From positions 224,001 to 288,000 of the forward strand of contig OY775910.1 of assembly GCA_963675245.1 (NCBI GenBank): DNA of 64,000 bases, in the 5' to 3' direction. Positions within the stretch are counted from its first letter, which is position 1. Each line of letters starts with the position of its first letter. The position numbers were made by a program, and so were the translations under genes. The DNA comes from Acholeplasmataceae bacterium. Lineage in GTDB: Bacteria; Bacillota_I; Bacilli_A; Acholeplasmatales; Acholeplasmataceae. The notes under the pieces are model-generated. The model did not search any database. It saw only the letters and a program-made list of their open reading frames with translations, and was not told the origin of the DNA. This document shows, one piece after another, positions 39,446-54,748 of this stretch.

Positions 39446-41503
39446 TTACTTCCTTTTACGTAGTGTGTTTTTAGGTTTATTGTTTTTAGATGTTTGCGTC
39501 TGTTTGACTGGTCTTTTTTTAGATACAATACCAAAATCAACTTTACGTGATGTCATATCAACAGATAAAAGTTCAACTTCTACTTGATCACCTAAACGAT
39601 ACTTTTTACCCCGTCTTCCAATAAAGGATAGGATATCATCATTGTATATATAGTAATCGTCTAATAGTCTGAGTGGGACGAATCCTTCAATACCACTTTG
39701 TAGTTGTACAAACATACCGGTTGGCATCATTTGTGTAATGACGGCTTTATACTTTTCGCCGACCTTATTTTGTAAATACTCACAACTCTTTAACTTCGCA
39801 ACATCACGTTCTAACTGAATCGCGGAACGTTCTTGATCAGATGTGTGTTTCGCAACATCTGTCATGATATTTTCATAATGAGCCATCGCTTTATCGTAAT
39901 TAGATGCTTCACCTAACACAAATAAGTGGATAAGGCGATGTAGCATTAAATCTGGATAACGTCTAATCGGTGATGTGAAATGGGTATAATAGGTTGCTCC
40001 TAATCCAAAGTGAATGTCTAAGACATTGCTATACTTGGCTTTTTGCATCGCTCTTAAAAGTAACATATGAACAATTGGTCCATAAGGGGTATCTGAACTT
40101 CTCTTTGTAATATATTGGAGTGTTTTTGCTTCTCCTGCGTGTCTCATATTCGGTTGAAAGCCTAATTTAGCTACCGTTTGAAGTGCTGTTTTTAATTTCA
40201 CAATATCTGGTTTTTCATGTATCCGGTAAAGCGTAGGGACATCTAAGTGATACATATGTTCAGCGACAGTTTCATTTGCGATAAGCATAAATGATTCAAT
40301 TAGTTCTTCCGCGTCTTCTTGATGTCTTTCTTTAACGTCTATAACTTTACCTTGTTCATCAACGATGAACTTTAATTCAATAGATTCAAATTCGATTTCA
40401 CCACGTTGTTTTCTTAAAAGTGCTAACTTTTGAGATAACTCGTTCATGGTGATAATCATTTTTTCGATTGGTTTATTGTTTAATGATTTTCCCTTTTTAA
40501 GAAATTCATTGACTTCTGTGTAGTTCATTCTTCTATTTGATTCAATTACTGTTTTTTCGATACGATGATCAACAACCTTACCATCTTGATCAAGTGTCAT
40601 CAAACACGATAACGTAAGTTTTGGTTCATGGGCATTTAACGAACAATAATCGTTTGATAATAAGTGTGGTAACATAGGAATCACGCGATCAGCTAAATAG
40701 ACGGAGGTTGCTCTTTCATAAGCCGATTGATCAAGTAATGAGTCTGCTTTAACATATGATGAAACATCCGCGATATGGACACCTAACTCATAATGGTCAC
40801 CCACTTGTTTTAAACTGATGGCGTCATCTAAATCTTTCGCATCTAAGCCATCAATCGTAATGATCAGTTCTTCTCTTAAGTCAACTCTTGACTTGATTTC
40901 TTCATCCATATTAATGTTGATGTTTTTAAGGGATGCCATAACCTCATCAGAAAACTTTTCTGGCCATTCATAAGAAGAGACAATTCGAAGTGTATCGATA
41001 TCAGGATCATTAATATGACCAATAATGGTTTTAACATGGGCATAAACACCTGATGCATCAATCGTTTCAACTTCAAGTTGAACCACATGTCCTTCCACTA
41101 ATCCTTCAAAAGGATCAACAAATAAACGTCTATCTAAATACGCATCAGGACTAAAATATAATGCCTCTTTACGATTACGTTTAACAGTAGCATTTAAGAT
41201 TTTAAGTGCTCTTTGAACGATAGCAACGACGCGTGGTTCAAAGTACATTTGAACCAAAACGATATCATCATGCATCGCGTCAGATAAATTACTGCCTTCA
41301 ATGTAAACGTCTTTTAATTCTTGCCTTAAAAAACCGAACGTCTGTTTACGGTCTAGTCGACCAATCAGAATATCAGAATTTAAAATATAATATGGGTCAT
41401 CATATGTCACATATGGATGTAATGATAAATCCATGTCTGTCACATCATCTTTATGGAGTTTTCTTGTATGTTGTTCATAAAACATTAAATAGATTGGATG
41501 CAT
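39446..41503 (-). CDS. rnr: ribonuclease R
   Basis: [38 protein letters not shown]-terminal S1 domain and basic tail; located upstream of smpB. Confidence 0.95.
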   Translation of the reverse strand: MHPIYLMFYEQHTRKLHKDDVTDMDLSLHPYVTYDDPYYILNSDILIGRLDRKQTFGFLRQELKDVYIEGSNLSDAMHDDIVLVQMYFEPRVVAIVQRALKILNATVKRNRKEALYFSPDAYLDRRLFVDPFEGLVEGHVVQLEVETIDASGVYAHVKTIIGHINDPDIDTLRIVSSYEWPEKFSDEVMASLKNININMDEEIKSRVDLREELIITIDGLDAKDLDDAISLKQVGDHYELGVHIADVSSYVKADSLLDQSAYERATSVYLADRVIPMLPHLLSNDYCSLNAHEPKLTLSCLMTLDQDGKVVDHRIEKTVIESNRRMNYTEVNEFLKKGKSLNNKPIEKMIITMNELSQKLALLRKQRGEIEFESIELKFIVDEQGKVIDVKERHQEDAEELIESFMLIANETVAEHMYHLDVPTLYRIHEKPDIVKLKTALQTVAKLGFQPNMRHAGEAKTLQYITKRSSDTPYGPIVHMLLLRAMQKAKYSNVLDIHFGLGATYYTHFTSPIRRYPDLMLHRLIHLFVLGEASNYDKAMAHYENIMTDVAKHTSDQERSAIQLERDVAKLKSCEYLQNKVGEKYKAVITQMMPTGMFVQLQSGIEGFVPLRLLDDYYIYNDDILSFIGRRGKKYRLGDQVEVELLSVDMTSRKVDFGIVSKKRPVKQTQTSKNNKPKNTLRKRK

Positions 41504-41564
41504 GTTATTACCTCTCTTCTATTATAGCATAGTACATTGTCTCATTCGTGTATGAAATCGTTAA

Positions 41565-44374
<2,810 letters not shown>

Positions 44375-44418
44375 ATTTTAACATAGTCGGAAACATATAA
44401 ATAGTATACATCCTAACA

Positions 44419-44442
44419 AAAAAAGGGACCGGAGTCCCTTTT
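44419..44442 (-). terminator. intrinsic terminator after eno
   Basis: AAAAGGGAC/GTCCCTTTT hairpin. Confidence 0.8.
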
Positions 44443-44455
44443 ATCATTTCAATCT

Positions 44456-45778
<1,323 letters not shown>

Positions 45779-45888
45779 CTATTCGTTTAATTTACCATAA
45801 TCATTATACATGAACGCGTTATTAAATGAAAGAAATTTCATCAAAATAACGTTTTCTATTCAATTTCACACATGTTACACATGATTGA

Positions 45889-46377
45889 TCATCTTCTGAT
45901 GCTATATTGATAAGCATAATACAAGGATAATCCGAAAAATAGAAAGCTTAATATGCTACCAAAAATACTTGGACTAGAAAACCATAACCAAGGTAATAAA
46001 AACCGAAAATATGGTAGTGGATTAAGTAATTCTAAATACGTCATGATATCTGCATTATTGAATATAAATTCAACAGACGCATATGAGACAACATTCAAAA
46101 AATAAAAACCAATAATAAACGCAATGATGCTGATAACTGAAAACCAAATGTGATATTGGACATATGCGTTTCTAATACGTTTCGCTAAAAAGAAAGCCAT
46201 TAACATACATAGCATCCAAACTACTGACAATCCTGTTAAATACGTAATCAATAAATCTACTGCACCAATGAACAAACCACCTACAAACGCGACAAAAATG
46301 CCCTGCTTGATGACGGGCATTAAGTCTTCTTTATATAATGGTTGTCTAAATTTACCTTTTAAACTCACAAACAACAC
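45889..46377 (-). CDS. hypothetical integral membrane protein
   Basis: 162-aa ORF with about 4 hydrophobic helices. Confidence 0.65.
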   Translation of the reverse strand: MLFVSLKGKFRQPLYKEDLMPVIKQGIFVAFVGGLFIGAVDLLITYLTGLSVVWMLCMLMAFFLAKRIRNAYVQYHIWFSVISIIAFIIGFYFLNVVSYASVEFIFNNADIMTYLELLNPLPYFRFLLPWLWFSSPSIFGSILSFLFFGLSLYYAYQYSIRR

Positions 46378-46427
46378 CTCAATTTAATAATAGCATATAT
46401 AAATGATGTTAGGGATGTTTTTGTTAA

Positions 46428-47216
46428 TTACTTATCTGATTCTTCTTCTTTAGCAGGCAGATCGTTATGATGCGGTTCATGATGAGAGAAATCATGTTCA
46501 TATAGTATGGAAATACGCTTATACAAGAAGAATGTTATCACAGAAACGAGTACCGATAGCATGAGATTAAACGGAATGACAGCAAATAACAAATATGGTC
46601 CCATATATCGATCTGGCGTAATACCTGGAATCATGCTTAAAAATCCCAGTAACGCACTGACATCACCACCAAAGTAAAATTGAATATAAAATTCAAGTAT
46701 AAATAACCAGTTGACAATTGTTGCAACTAATGTCCACACTGCTGCACTAGCAGCCATACCAACAATCGCACTCTTCCTTGTTTTGTGGTGGTGATAGATG
46801 ATGGATGCCACTAATACAGTTAAGACACCAATAATCAAATCCATGATTTCACCAATACCTGCAGTTGATGTTGCTGGAAGTTTCGCTAAAAATCTAACGA
46901 CGACAATGAGCGATCCACTCACGGGACCAAACAAGAATCCACCAATCAAAATTGGTATATTAGAAAAATGAAATTCTAAAAAACTAGGTAAAAACGGTAG
47001 ACTAAACTTTGGAAAATAATACAACGCTACTGATAACCCAGATAAAATAGCAATCGCTGCCATTTTTTTAATCTTCTTGCTATTAGAAACATGACTTTTT
47101 TCATATTTTCTAGCAATGAAAACTAATACAAGTAATACGACAACAAATAGTCCTGCAACTATCCATTTAAATAACACTTGATGTGTTTGTAAAAACTCTA
47201 CGATTTGTCCAATCAT
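46428..47216 (-). CDS. ribU: ECF transporter S component, riboflavin-specific (RibU-like)
   Basis: PSFLEFHFSNIPILIGGFLFGP, GIGEI, VIPFNL; FMN riboswitch directly upstream. Confidence 0.85.
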   Translation of the reverse strand: MIGQIVEFLQTHQVLFKWIVAGLFVVVLLVLVFIARKYEKSHVSNSKKIKKMAAIAILSGLSVALYYFPKFSLPFLPSFLEFHFSNIPILIGGFLFGPVSGSLIVVVRFLAKLPATSTAGIGEIMDLIIGVLTVLVASIIYHHHKTRKSAIVGMAASAAVWTLVATIVNWLFILEFYIQFYFGGDVSALLGFLSMIPGITPDRYMGPYLLFAVIPFNLMLSVLVSVITFFLYKRISILYEHDFSHHEPHHNDLPAKEEESDK

Positions 47217-47285
47217 AACTATGGTCTCCTTTAAAATAAAAATCGCCCATAGAATTCGGCGACAAAAAGTACGTCAAAAATGACT

Positions 47286-47397
47286 TATACTTCTTCCATC
47301 CAGACTTTACTGTCGGTACCTGAATCTAACAGGTTCAACCAATTGGCTCGCGGACTATACCGCCGGTCCCGAATTACACGGTGCCCCGAAGTTCTAT
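47286..47397 (-). promoter_or_regulatory. FMN riboswitch (RFN element) followed by a terminator at about 47234-47263
   Basis: Minus strand: CTTCGGGGC..GTGTAATTC..GACCGGCGGT..AGTCCGCGAGC..GTTAGATTC..ACCGACAGT.AAGTCTGGATGGAAGAAG; downstream TCGCC/GGCGA hairpin plus T-tract. Confidence 0.95.
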
Positions 47398-47543
47398 ATT
47401 TATTATTACGCACTTATTTTAACACAATTTATATTAAATGCAATCAGTCACTGCAATTGAAAACGTTTTTTACGTATCCCGTTTTATGTTTACCTTGAAA
47501 AAAGGTATAATGTATATGGAAAAAGTAAAGGAGTTAATCATAT

Positions 47544-49070
47544 ATGAAACAATTTGCAGGTCTTATTATTATGGATGGTTTAGGCTTAGCACCTGCTAGT
47601 GATTCAAATGCTGTATCACTTGCTAAAAAGCCTTTTTTAGATCAAGCTTTAAAAGAATATCCACATAGTACTTTAGTCACTTCTGGTGAAGCTGTTGGCC
47701 TACCTGATGGACAAATGGGAAATAGTGAAGTCGGTCATTTAAACTTAGGTGCTGGACGCATAGTCTTCCAATCGTTAACTAGAATCAATGTGGCAATCAA
47801 AGATGGTTCTTTCTTTAAGAATCAAGCATTCCTAGACGCGATTAATTATGTTAAAGCACATAAATCTAATTTACATATTTTTGGTTTAGTCAGCGATGGT
47901 GGTGTGCATGCATATCCAACACACATTAAAGCGCTTGATCAATTAGCAAAAAGCGAAGGTGTCACACCTTATCTTCATGCCTTCATGGATGGTAGAGATA
48001 CACCTACAACTGCTGGTAAAGATTATTTAAAAGATTTATTAGACGCTGGTATGAAAGTTGCTACTGTAAGTGGTAGATATTACGCCATGGACAGAGATAA
48101 CAACTGGGATCGCCTTCAACTTGCATATGATAACATGACAAAAGGAACTGGTAAACATTATCCAGATGCTTTATCTGGTATTGAAGCATCTTATCAAAAT
48201 GAAGTAACCGATGAATTCATCATTCCATTTGTCGCTGATGATAACGGTCTTATTAAAGATCATGACGCGATTATTTTCGCAAACTTCAGACCAGATAGAG
48301 CAATTAGAATGGCTACTGCTTTCTCAAACCCAGAAGGTACGAAAGAATATGTGACTGATGGCAAACCAACGTTTGATTATAGTGACGTCGTTAAAGATAT
48401 CTTCTTTGTATCAATGATGCATTATAATGCAACCGTTAAAGGACCTATTGCATTCCCACTTCAAACCTTAGATAATATTTATGGTGAAGTGATTGAACAT
48501 GCTGGCTTAAGACAGTTAAGAATTGCTGAAACAGAAAAGTATGCCCATGTCACTTTCTTCTTCGATGGTGGTAAAGAAAGAGCATTTAAAGGTGCTGAAA
48601 GAATTTTAGTTCAATCTCCTAAAGTAGCCACATACGATCTTCAACCGGAAATGAGTGCCTTTGAAGTGAGAGATAAAGCCGTTGAAGCGATTAAATCAGG
48701 TCAATTTGATACCATGATTTTAAACTTCGCTAACCCAGATATGGTAGGTCATACAGGATCTATTCCAGCGGCTACTAAAGCAGTTGAAACGGTAGACACA
48801 TGTACGAAAGATGTTGTTGATGCTATTTTGTCAATCGGTGGTGTTGCCATCATACTTGCGGATCATGGTAATGCTGAAAAAATGAGAGATGAATTTGGTC
48901 AGCCTCATACAGCACATACAACTAATCCTGTACCAATTATTATCACAGATAAAAATATTAAAGTGGTAGATGGTGGATCACTATGTGATATCGCGCCATC
49001 ACTACTCGATATCCTCGGTGTTGAACAACCTAAGGAAATGACAGGACATAGTTTGATTATTAGAAAATGA
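47544..49070 (+). CDS. gpmI: 2,3-bisphosphoglycerate-independent phosphoglycerate mutase
   Basis: MDGLG, QMGNSEVGH, SGRYYAMDRD, NFRPDRA, ETEKYAHVTFF, NPDMVGHTG, DHGNAE. Confidence 0.98.
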   Translation: MKQFAGLIIMDGLGLAPASDSNAVSLAKKPFLDQALKEYPHSTLVTSGEAVGLPDGQMGNSEVGHLNLGAGRIVFQSLTRINVAIKDGSFFKNQAFLDAINYVKAHKSNLHIFGLVSDGGVHAYPTHIKALDQLAKSEGVTPYLHAFMDGRDTPTTAGKDYLKDLLDAGMKVATVSGRYYAMDRDNNWDRLQLAYDNMTKGTGKHYPDALSGIEASYQNEVTDEFIIPFVADDNGLIKDHDAIIFANFRPDRAIRMATAFSNPEGTKEYVTDGKPTFDYSDVVKDIFFVSMMHYNATVKGPIAFPLQTLDNIYGEVIEHAGLRQLRIAETEKYAHVTFFFDGGKERAFKGAERILVQSPKVATYDLQPEMSAFEVRDKAVEAIKSGQFDTMILNFANPDMVGHTGSIPAATKAVETVDTCTKDVVDAILSIGGVAIILADHGNAEKMRDEFGQPHTAHTTNPVPIIITDKNIKVVDGGSLCDIAPSLLDILGVEQPKEMTGHSLIIRK

Positions 49071-49084
49071 TAATATATTAAAAA

Positions 49085-49110
49085 TAAAACCAGTCGACGA
49101 CTGGTTTTTT
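49085..49110. terminator. bidirectional intrinsic terminator
   Basis: AAAACCAGTC/GACTGGTTTT hairpin. Confidence 0.8.
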
Positions 49111-49112
49111 AA

Positions 49113-50120
49113 TTATACATCTGATTCGTTTGCCATATCTCTTAAGATCGAAATTTGTTTTTTAGAGCCCACGACAATCATCTTATCATTTAATGCTAAT
49201 ATTTCACTCGCCTTTGGATTAAAAATAAACGGATCGTTTTCACGATGAATCGCTAATATAATCAATCCTGCCTTTTCAGAAATCTTCGCATCTTTCAACA
49301 TCTTACCAATGAGTTCTGAATTTTCATTGACTTTGACTTCTTCCATATTAAATGATTGATTTTTCGTGTCAATGATATTATCAACAAAGAATTGTGCTTG
49401 AGGGTTAATCATGATGGAAGCCATTTTTTTACCACCAATTTCATCTGGACTAACCGCATGATTCGCACCAGCTCTTCTCAGCTTTTTATCTGAATTTTTA
49501 TCGTGATATCTCGCGATAATTTTTAATTGTTTATTTAGACCTCTCGCAGTTAAAACAACAAATACGTTATCTGCATCTTTTGCTAGACATGTAATTAAAC
49601 CCTTTGCTTGCTCGACACGTGCTTCTTCTAATATTTCTTCTTTGGTTGCATCTCCAAAAATATATTTAGCATCAAGCTCTTTTAACTGTTCAATTTGTTC
49701 TTCGTCGTTTTCAATGACGATGAAGTTTATATCTTTTCTAATCATTTGTTTAATGACATGAATGCCGGTTTCACCTGCGCCACAAATGACAATATGTTGA
49801 TTGAGATTCGCAATTTCTTTTTGCATTTTATTTTTCCTCCATGCTTCATTGATATTTCCTTCACTAAAGAATTTGAATACTTCAGATAAAAGAAAACCGA
49901 TCATACTAACACTGGTTAAAATTAAGATAATAGTAAATACTTTTGCTCCTTCATTAAGGTCCGTCACCTCTCGGTATCCAACCGTAGAGATAGTAATAAT
50001 CGTCATATATAATGCATCAATAAAGCTTATATTAAGCATCACCATATAACCGATTGTCGCACCAAAAATGAGAATAAAAAGCACAATAAACCATATTAAG
50101 ATTTTCTTTTTTCTCATCAT
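49113..50120 (-). CDS. two-TM potassium channel with RCK (TrkA-N/TrkA-C) domains
   Basis: Pore DALYMTIITISTVGY, HIVICGAGETG, GDAT, LRRAGA, FNP. Confidence 0.92.
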   Translation of the reverse strand: MMRKKKILIWFIVLFILIFGATIGYMVMLNISFIDALYMTIITISTVGYREVTDLNEGAKVFTIILILTSVSMIGFLLSEVFKFFSEGNINEAWRKNKMQKEIANLNQHIVICGAGETGIHVIKQMIRKDINFIVIENDEEQIEQLKELDAKYIFGDATKEEILEEARVEQAKGLITCLAKDADNVFVVLTARGLNKQLKIIARYHDKNSDKKLRRAGANHAVSPDEIGGKKMASIMINPQAQFFVDNIIDTKNQSFNMEEVKVNENSELIGKMLKDAKISEKAGLIILAIHRENDPFIFNPKASEILALNDKMIVVGSKKQISILRDMANESDV

Positions 50121-50205
50121 TTCACCTCAACATGTTCTAAAAAGAAAACGATATACACATATGCTATCGTAGAGGTCGTTAACTTTTTGTCAATATACTA
50201 TTGTA

Positions 50206-51057
50206 TTAAGACATCTTTTGAAGATAATACTCAATAATCGCTTGTGTACCTTTATCCGCAAAACCTTTTTCTGATAGTGTTTCATAGGCTTTGGTTGCTG
50301 TTTCAACAACACTTAAAGGTAGGTTTCCTTTTTCTGCCATCACGAGTTTTAAGTCTTTTAAGAAATGTTTGACAAAGAAACCGGGACGATAGTCTTTTCT
50401 TATCATTTTTAAGCCGTTGTTTGAGGCTTGCCATGAATTTGCAGATCCACCTGTTATCACAGATAACATGGATGTTAAATCTAACCCTTTATCTTTAGCA
50501 AATGTAATTGCTTCTGCAATCCCTAATATATTTCCTGCAATAACGGTTTGATTAGCAAGTTTAGCATACATACCTGATCCAGAAGGTCCCATATATGTAA
50601 TCGTAGATCCAAGATGCATCAATAATGGTAACATTTTTTCATATGTATAAAAGTCACCACCTACCATAATAGACAGTTTACCGTTAATCGCACCAATATC
50701 ACCACCGGTAACTGGTGCATCTAACATAAACAACCCTCTCTCTTCTGCTCTTTTAGCAAGTTCTTTAGCGAGCGTTGGACTGGAAGTTGTCATATCTACT
50801 AGTATTGTTTTTGGTTTAGCTAAAGGTATAACGACATTATAGACTTCCTTAACATCCTCAGGATAACCAACAATCGAAAAAACAGCATGCACTTTATCAA
50901 GACACGATTCAATTGATTCACAATATTTGATTTCTGGTTCTAAGCGTTGCGCTTTTTCAGGTGTTCGATTATAGGCAAATACTTGATGACCAGCTTCACT
51001 TAAATGCTTCGCCATTGGTCCACCCATGACACCTGTTCCAATAAATAGTATAATCAT
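50206..51057 (-). CDS. beta-hydroxyacid dehydrogenase family NAD(P)-dependent oxidoreductase
   Basis: FIGTGVMG, DMTTSSP, LDAPVTGGD, K..NQ, PGFFVKHFLKDL. Confidence 0.92.
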   Translation of the reverse strand: MIILFIGTGVMGGPMAKHLSEAGHQVFAYNRTPEKAQRLEPEIKYCESIESCLDKVHAVFSIVGYPEDVKEVYNVVIPLAKPKTILVDMTTSSPTLAKELAKRAEERGLFMLDAPVTGGDIGAINGKLSIMVGGDFYTYEKMLPLLMHLGSTITYMGPSGSGMYAKLANQTVIAGNILGIAEAITFAKDKGLDLTSMLSVITGGSANSWQASNNGLKMIRKDYRPGFFVKHFLKDLKLVMAEKGNLPLSVVETATKAYETLSEKGFADKGTQAIIEYYLQKMS

Positions 51058-51899
51058 GATTTATCCTTTATATGTTCATCTAACCATACTGCTATATCCG
51101 CCATAACCTGTTCTTTACATAAATCATTTAATATTTCATGATAGGCTTCTGGATAGCTAATCAACTTTTTATCTTCAACAGCAATCAATTCATAAAAACG
51201 TTTCGAATATGCGAGTGGGCATATTTTATCGTTTTCGCCATGAATAATGAGTACTGGTACCTGAAAATCTCTGATTTTTTTATTCAAATAACGTACCCCT
51301 GAAACAAACATCTCTCCAACGAGTGATACATAAAAGTATTTTAAATTAAGTGGATCGTCTCGATAGGCTTGTTCAATATGTTCATGTCTTGACAATCTGC
51401 CATCTGCAAAGTCGGATTTTTTACGTACAAACCCAAACCATTTATAGCCGAAAAACCGAAGAGGCATCACATCTTTCAAATAATAAGATGGTGCTGCAGA
51501 TGATATAATGCCATCTACATCTCCGTATTTAACACCGTATATATCAACGATTAAGCCACCCAAACTGTGACCTAATAAGAATATGTTATTTGTTTCTAAC
51601 TTGCGTTCATATAGCACAAGTTCATGTAAATCATCGATCATTTGATGAAAAGATTTAAGTTTACCGCGCTTGCCTTGTGTTTGTCCATGACCTCTTAGGT
51701 CATATCTAACCACATTGTATCCATGATCATTTAAAAACATTGCTACTTCGTTATAACGACCTGAATGTTCTGCAATACCGTGTGTGATGATAACTGTTCC
51801 TTTTGAATTTTCAACTTCATCACGTTTAACTAAAAATAACAAACCGTTAATTAGCAAGTCAACCACCCCATTTCCTACTTTCATTATACAGCAAATCAA
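51054..51899 (-). CDS. alpha/beta hydrolase, lysophospholipase/monoglyceride lipase-like (true start probably about 51857)
   Basis: HGIAEHSGRY, DLRGHG, GHSLGG, HGEND, HEILN. Confidence 0.9.
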   Translation of the reverse strand: MICCIMKVGNGVVDLLINGLLFLVKRDEVENSKGTVIITHGIAEHSGRYNEVAMFLNDHGYNVVRYDLRGHGQTQGKRGKLKSFHQMIDDLHELVLYERKLETNNIFLLGHSLGGLIVDIYGVKYGDVDGIISSAAPSYYLKDVMPLRFFGYKWFGFVRKKSDFADGRLSRHEHIEQAYRDDPLNLKYFYVSLVGEMFVSGVRYLNKKIRDFQVPVLIIHGENDKICPLAYSKRFYELIAVEDKKLISYPEAYHEILNDLCKEQVMADIAVWLDEHIKDKS

Positions 51900-51991
51900 T
51901 TATTTTTTCTCGCTAAAAATAATACATTCATCACCTCTAATTATATTATGTTGTAGTATAATATAAGTAAAATATATTAGGGGGTTTCTCC

Positions 51992-53059
51992 ATGCAACTC
52001 ACACCACTTCATGATCAGCATATTCAACTTCAAGCAAAAATGACGGAATATGCGGGATTTGATATGCCAGTCTCCTACACAAATATCGTTGAAGAACATC
52101 TTGCTGTTAGACACAATTTCGGTGTTTTTGATGTGTCTCATATGGGAGAAATATTAATCGAAGGAAAAGACGCACTCGCTTGTACTTCTTATCTTATCTC
52201 TAATAAAATTCAATCAGATAAAGTCACATATGCACTTTTACTTAATGAAAAAGGTTATCCATTAGATGACCTTTTAGTCTATGTTCTAAAACCAGAACAG
52301 ATCTTACTTGTAGTTAATGCCGGAAACATTGAAAAAGATTATATGTGGATTGAAAAACAAGCTGAAGCTTTTGATGTCACGACAAGAAATATCTCAAACA
52401 ACTTCAGTCAACTGGCTATTCAAGGGCCAAAAGCGGTTGATCACATTAATGAGATCGTTAAAAATGATGTCACTGATTTAACATTTATGACATTTAAGAT
52501 TGTACCCTATGACGATAAATATTTAATCGTTTCAAGAACTGGTTATACCGGTGAAGATGGGTTTGAAGTCTATTGTCATAACGAACATGTTCATGCATTA
52601 TGGCATGATACACTAAAAGCAGGTGCGACACCGTGTGGATTAGGTGCAAGAGATACACTTCGTTTTCAAGCAACTCTCCCTTTATATGGTCATGAAATCG
52701 GTGAACTCATCAACCCCTTTGAAGCAAGATTATCATTTGCCCTTGATTTCGACCATGACTTTATTGGTAAAGATGCTTTATTAGCACTTAAAGATAAAAA
52801 TAATTATATTCTCGTTGGTATTGAACTATTAGAAAGAAATGTACCTAGACAAGGTTATGATATCTATAAAGATGATGTATGGATTGGTTGGGTGACAACA
52901 GGTTACTTGTTACCTGAAACAGAAAAACCATTGGCTTTAGCTATGATTAAAAAAGAGTTTTCAAAATTTGGTACGACACTAAGTATTCAAATACGTAAGA
53001 AGCAAGTGCCAGCTGTGGTTAGAAATAGAAAATTTTATCAGAAAAACTACGAGAGGTAG
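51992..53059 (+). CDS. gcvT: glycine cleavage system aminomethyltransferase T
   Basis: TPL, FDVSHMG, QGP, SRTGYTGEDGFE, GLGARDTLR, LYGHE. Confidence 0.97.
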   Translation: MQLTPLHDQHIQLQAKMTEYAGFDMPVSYTNIVEEHLAVRHNFGVFDVSHMGEILIEGKDALACTSYLISNKIQSDKVTYALLLNEKGYPLDDLLVYVLKPEQILLVVNAGNIEKDYMWIEKQAEAFDVTTRNISNNFSQLAIQGPKAVDHINEIVKNDVTDLTFMTFKIVPYDDKYLIVSRTGYTGEDGFEVYCHNEHVHALWHDTLKAGATPCGLGARDTLRFQATLPLYGHEIGELINPFEARLSFALDFDHDFIGKDALLALKDKNNYILVGIELLERNVPRQGYDIYKDDVWIGWVTTGYLLPETEKPLALAMIKKEFSKFGTTLSIQIRKKQVPAVVRNRKFYQKNYER

Positions 53060-53068
53060 GAGAGAACG

Positions 53069-53440
53069 ATGGTTGTTAAAAGTTTGCGTTATGCAGAGAG
53101 TCATGAATGGTTAAAAGTTGAAGGAAATGAGGCTTATGTCGGTATTACAGACTATGCGCAAGAAACATTAGGTGCGATTGTTTATGTCGATCTTCCTGAA
53201 GTTGATGATGCCTTTGAAAAAGGTGAAGCTTTTGGTGCAGTTGAAAGTGTCAAAGCTGCTTCTGATATTTATATTCCTGTTTCTGGTAAAGTCATTGAAG
53301 TGAATCATCGACTTGCTGATGAACCTGAATTATTAAATGACGATCCTTTCGGAAGCTGGATGGTTAAAATTGAATTATCAAATCCTGAAGAAGTTGCATC
53401 ATTATTGGATAGTGATGCTTACGAAGCTTTTATTAAATAA
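53069..53440 (+). CDS. gcvH: glycine cleavage system H protein
   Basis: HEW, GITDYAQ..LG, lipoyl-Lys motif VESVKAASD. Confidence 0.97.
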   Translation: MVVKSLRYAESHEWLKVEGNEAYVGITDYAQETLGAIVYVDLPEVDDAFEKGEAFGAVESVKAASDIYIPVSGKVIEVNHRLADEPELLNDDPFGSWMVKIELSNPEEVASLLDSDAYEAFIK

Positions 53441-54747
53441 TGCATAAATACCTACCGCATACAGATGCGGATATTAAAGCGATGCTTGATGTTGTTCAAG
53501 CCAACGATATTGATGAACTATTTCAAGTCATTCCAGAATCACTAAAGCTCACTGAACCTTATAAGCTTCCTAGTGCTTTAGGTGATTATCCACTCACAAA
53601 ACATATGCAATCACTTGCTAATGAAAATCAGCAATTGATTGTTTTTCGTGGTGCTGGTGCATATGATGTCTATATGCCAAGTGTCGTCAAACAAACGATT
53701 TCAAGACAAGAGTTTTTAACAAGCTATACACCTTATCAGCCAGAAGTTTCGCAAGGAACACTTCAATATATCTTTGAGTATCAGTCCATGATTGCAGAAC
53801 TCACTGGCATGGATGTTTCAAATGCATCGATGTATGATGGTGCAACTGCGACTGCTGAAGCGATGTTTATGGCTTATGCACAAACAAAAAAGAATCGCAT
53901 TCTCGTGAGTGAAACGATTCAACCAAGTGTACTCAAAGTAGTTCAAACTTATGCCCGTTTCAGAGGTATTATCATCGACATGATTCCATCTCTTGATGGC
54001 ATCACAGATCAATCATATTTGAATGAACACATTAACGAGTCGATGGGTGTTATTTTACAAACACCTAACCGATACGGTATTATTGAAAATTATAATAAAG
54101 TCGCTGATACCGTTCATGAAGCAAAAGGTTTATTTATTTTAAATCAAGAAGGTTTATCAACAGCCCTCTTTAAAAATGCTGGTACATTAAATGCAGATAT
54201 CGCTTGCGGAGAACTTCAAGCATTAGGTCTTCCATTATCATTTGGAGGTGCCTATTTAGGTTATCTCGCTACTAAGAAACAATATGTTAGAAAAATGCCG
54301 GGTCGCATTTGTGGTATGACCAAAGATGTGGATGGTAAACGTGCATTTGTTTTAACACTACAAGCAAGAGAGCAACATATTCGTCGTTCAAAAGCAAATT
54401 CTAACATCTGTTCCAATCAATCATTAATGGCTTTAGCTGTGACTGTTTATTTATCTTTACTTGGTCGACAAGGATTTATTGATGTCGCAAGAGAAACCAC
54501 TAAAAAAGCTCATTACCTTTATAAAAAGTTAATGGACACTAATCAATTTGAAATGGTTTATGATGCTCCTTTCTTCCAAGAGTTTGTTTTAAAAGCTAAA
54601 TTTGATACTTCATCTTTGGATGAGAAATTATTAAAAGCAGGTTTCTTAGGACCTCTTCCTTTAGGTGACAATAAGTTATTATTTGCAGTCTCAGAAAAAA
54701 GAAGCATCGAAGAAATTGATGCGTTTGTCGAAAGGCTGGTGAAATAA
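53440..54747 (+). CDS. gcvPA: glycine dehydrogenase subunit 1
   Basis: YTPYQPEVSQGTLQ, NASMYDGATA, LQAREQHIRR.KA.SNICSNQ. Confidence 0.96.
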   Translation: MHKYLPHTDADIKAMLDVVQANDIDELFQVIPESLKLTEPYKLPSALGDYPLTKHMQSLANENQQLIVFRGAGAYDVYMPSVVKQTISRQEFLTSYTPYQPEVSQGTLQYIFEYQSMIAELTGMDVSNASMYDGATATAEAMFMAYAQTKKNRILVSETIQPSVLKVVQTYARFRGIIIDMIPSLDGITDQSYLNEHINESMGVILQTPNRYGIIENYNKVADTVHEAKGLFILNQEGLSTALFKNAGTLNADIACGELQALGLPLSFGGAYLGYLATKKQYVRKMPGRICGMTKDVDGKRAFVLTLQAREQHIRRSKANSNICSNQSLMALAVTVYLSLLGRQGFIDVARETTKKAHYLYKKLMDTNQFEMVYDAPFFQEFVLKAKFDTSSLDEKLLKAGFLGPLPLGDNKLLFAVSEKRSIEEIDAFVERLVK

Positions 54748-54748
54748 T

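Noticed and set aside
47280..47498. 72-aa plus-strand ORF
   Set aside because: Antisense to the FMN riboswitch and overlapping promoters.
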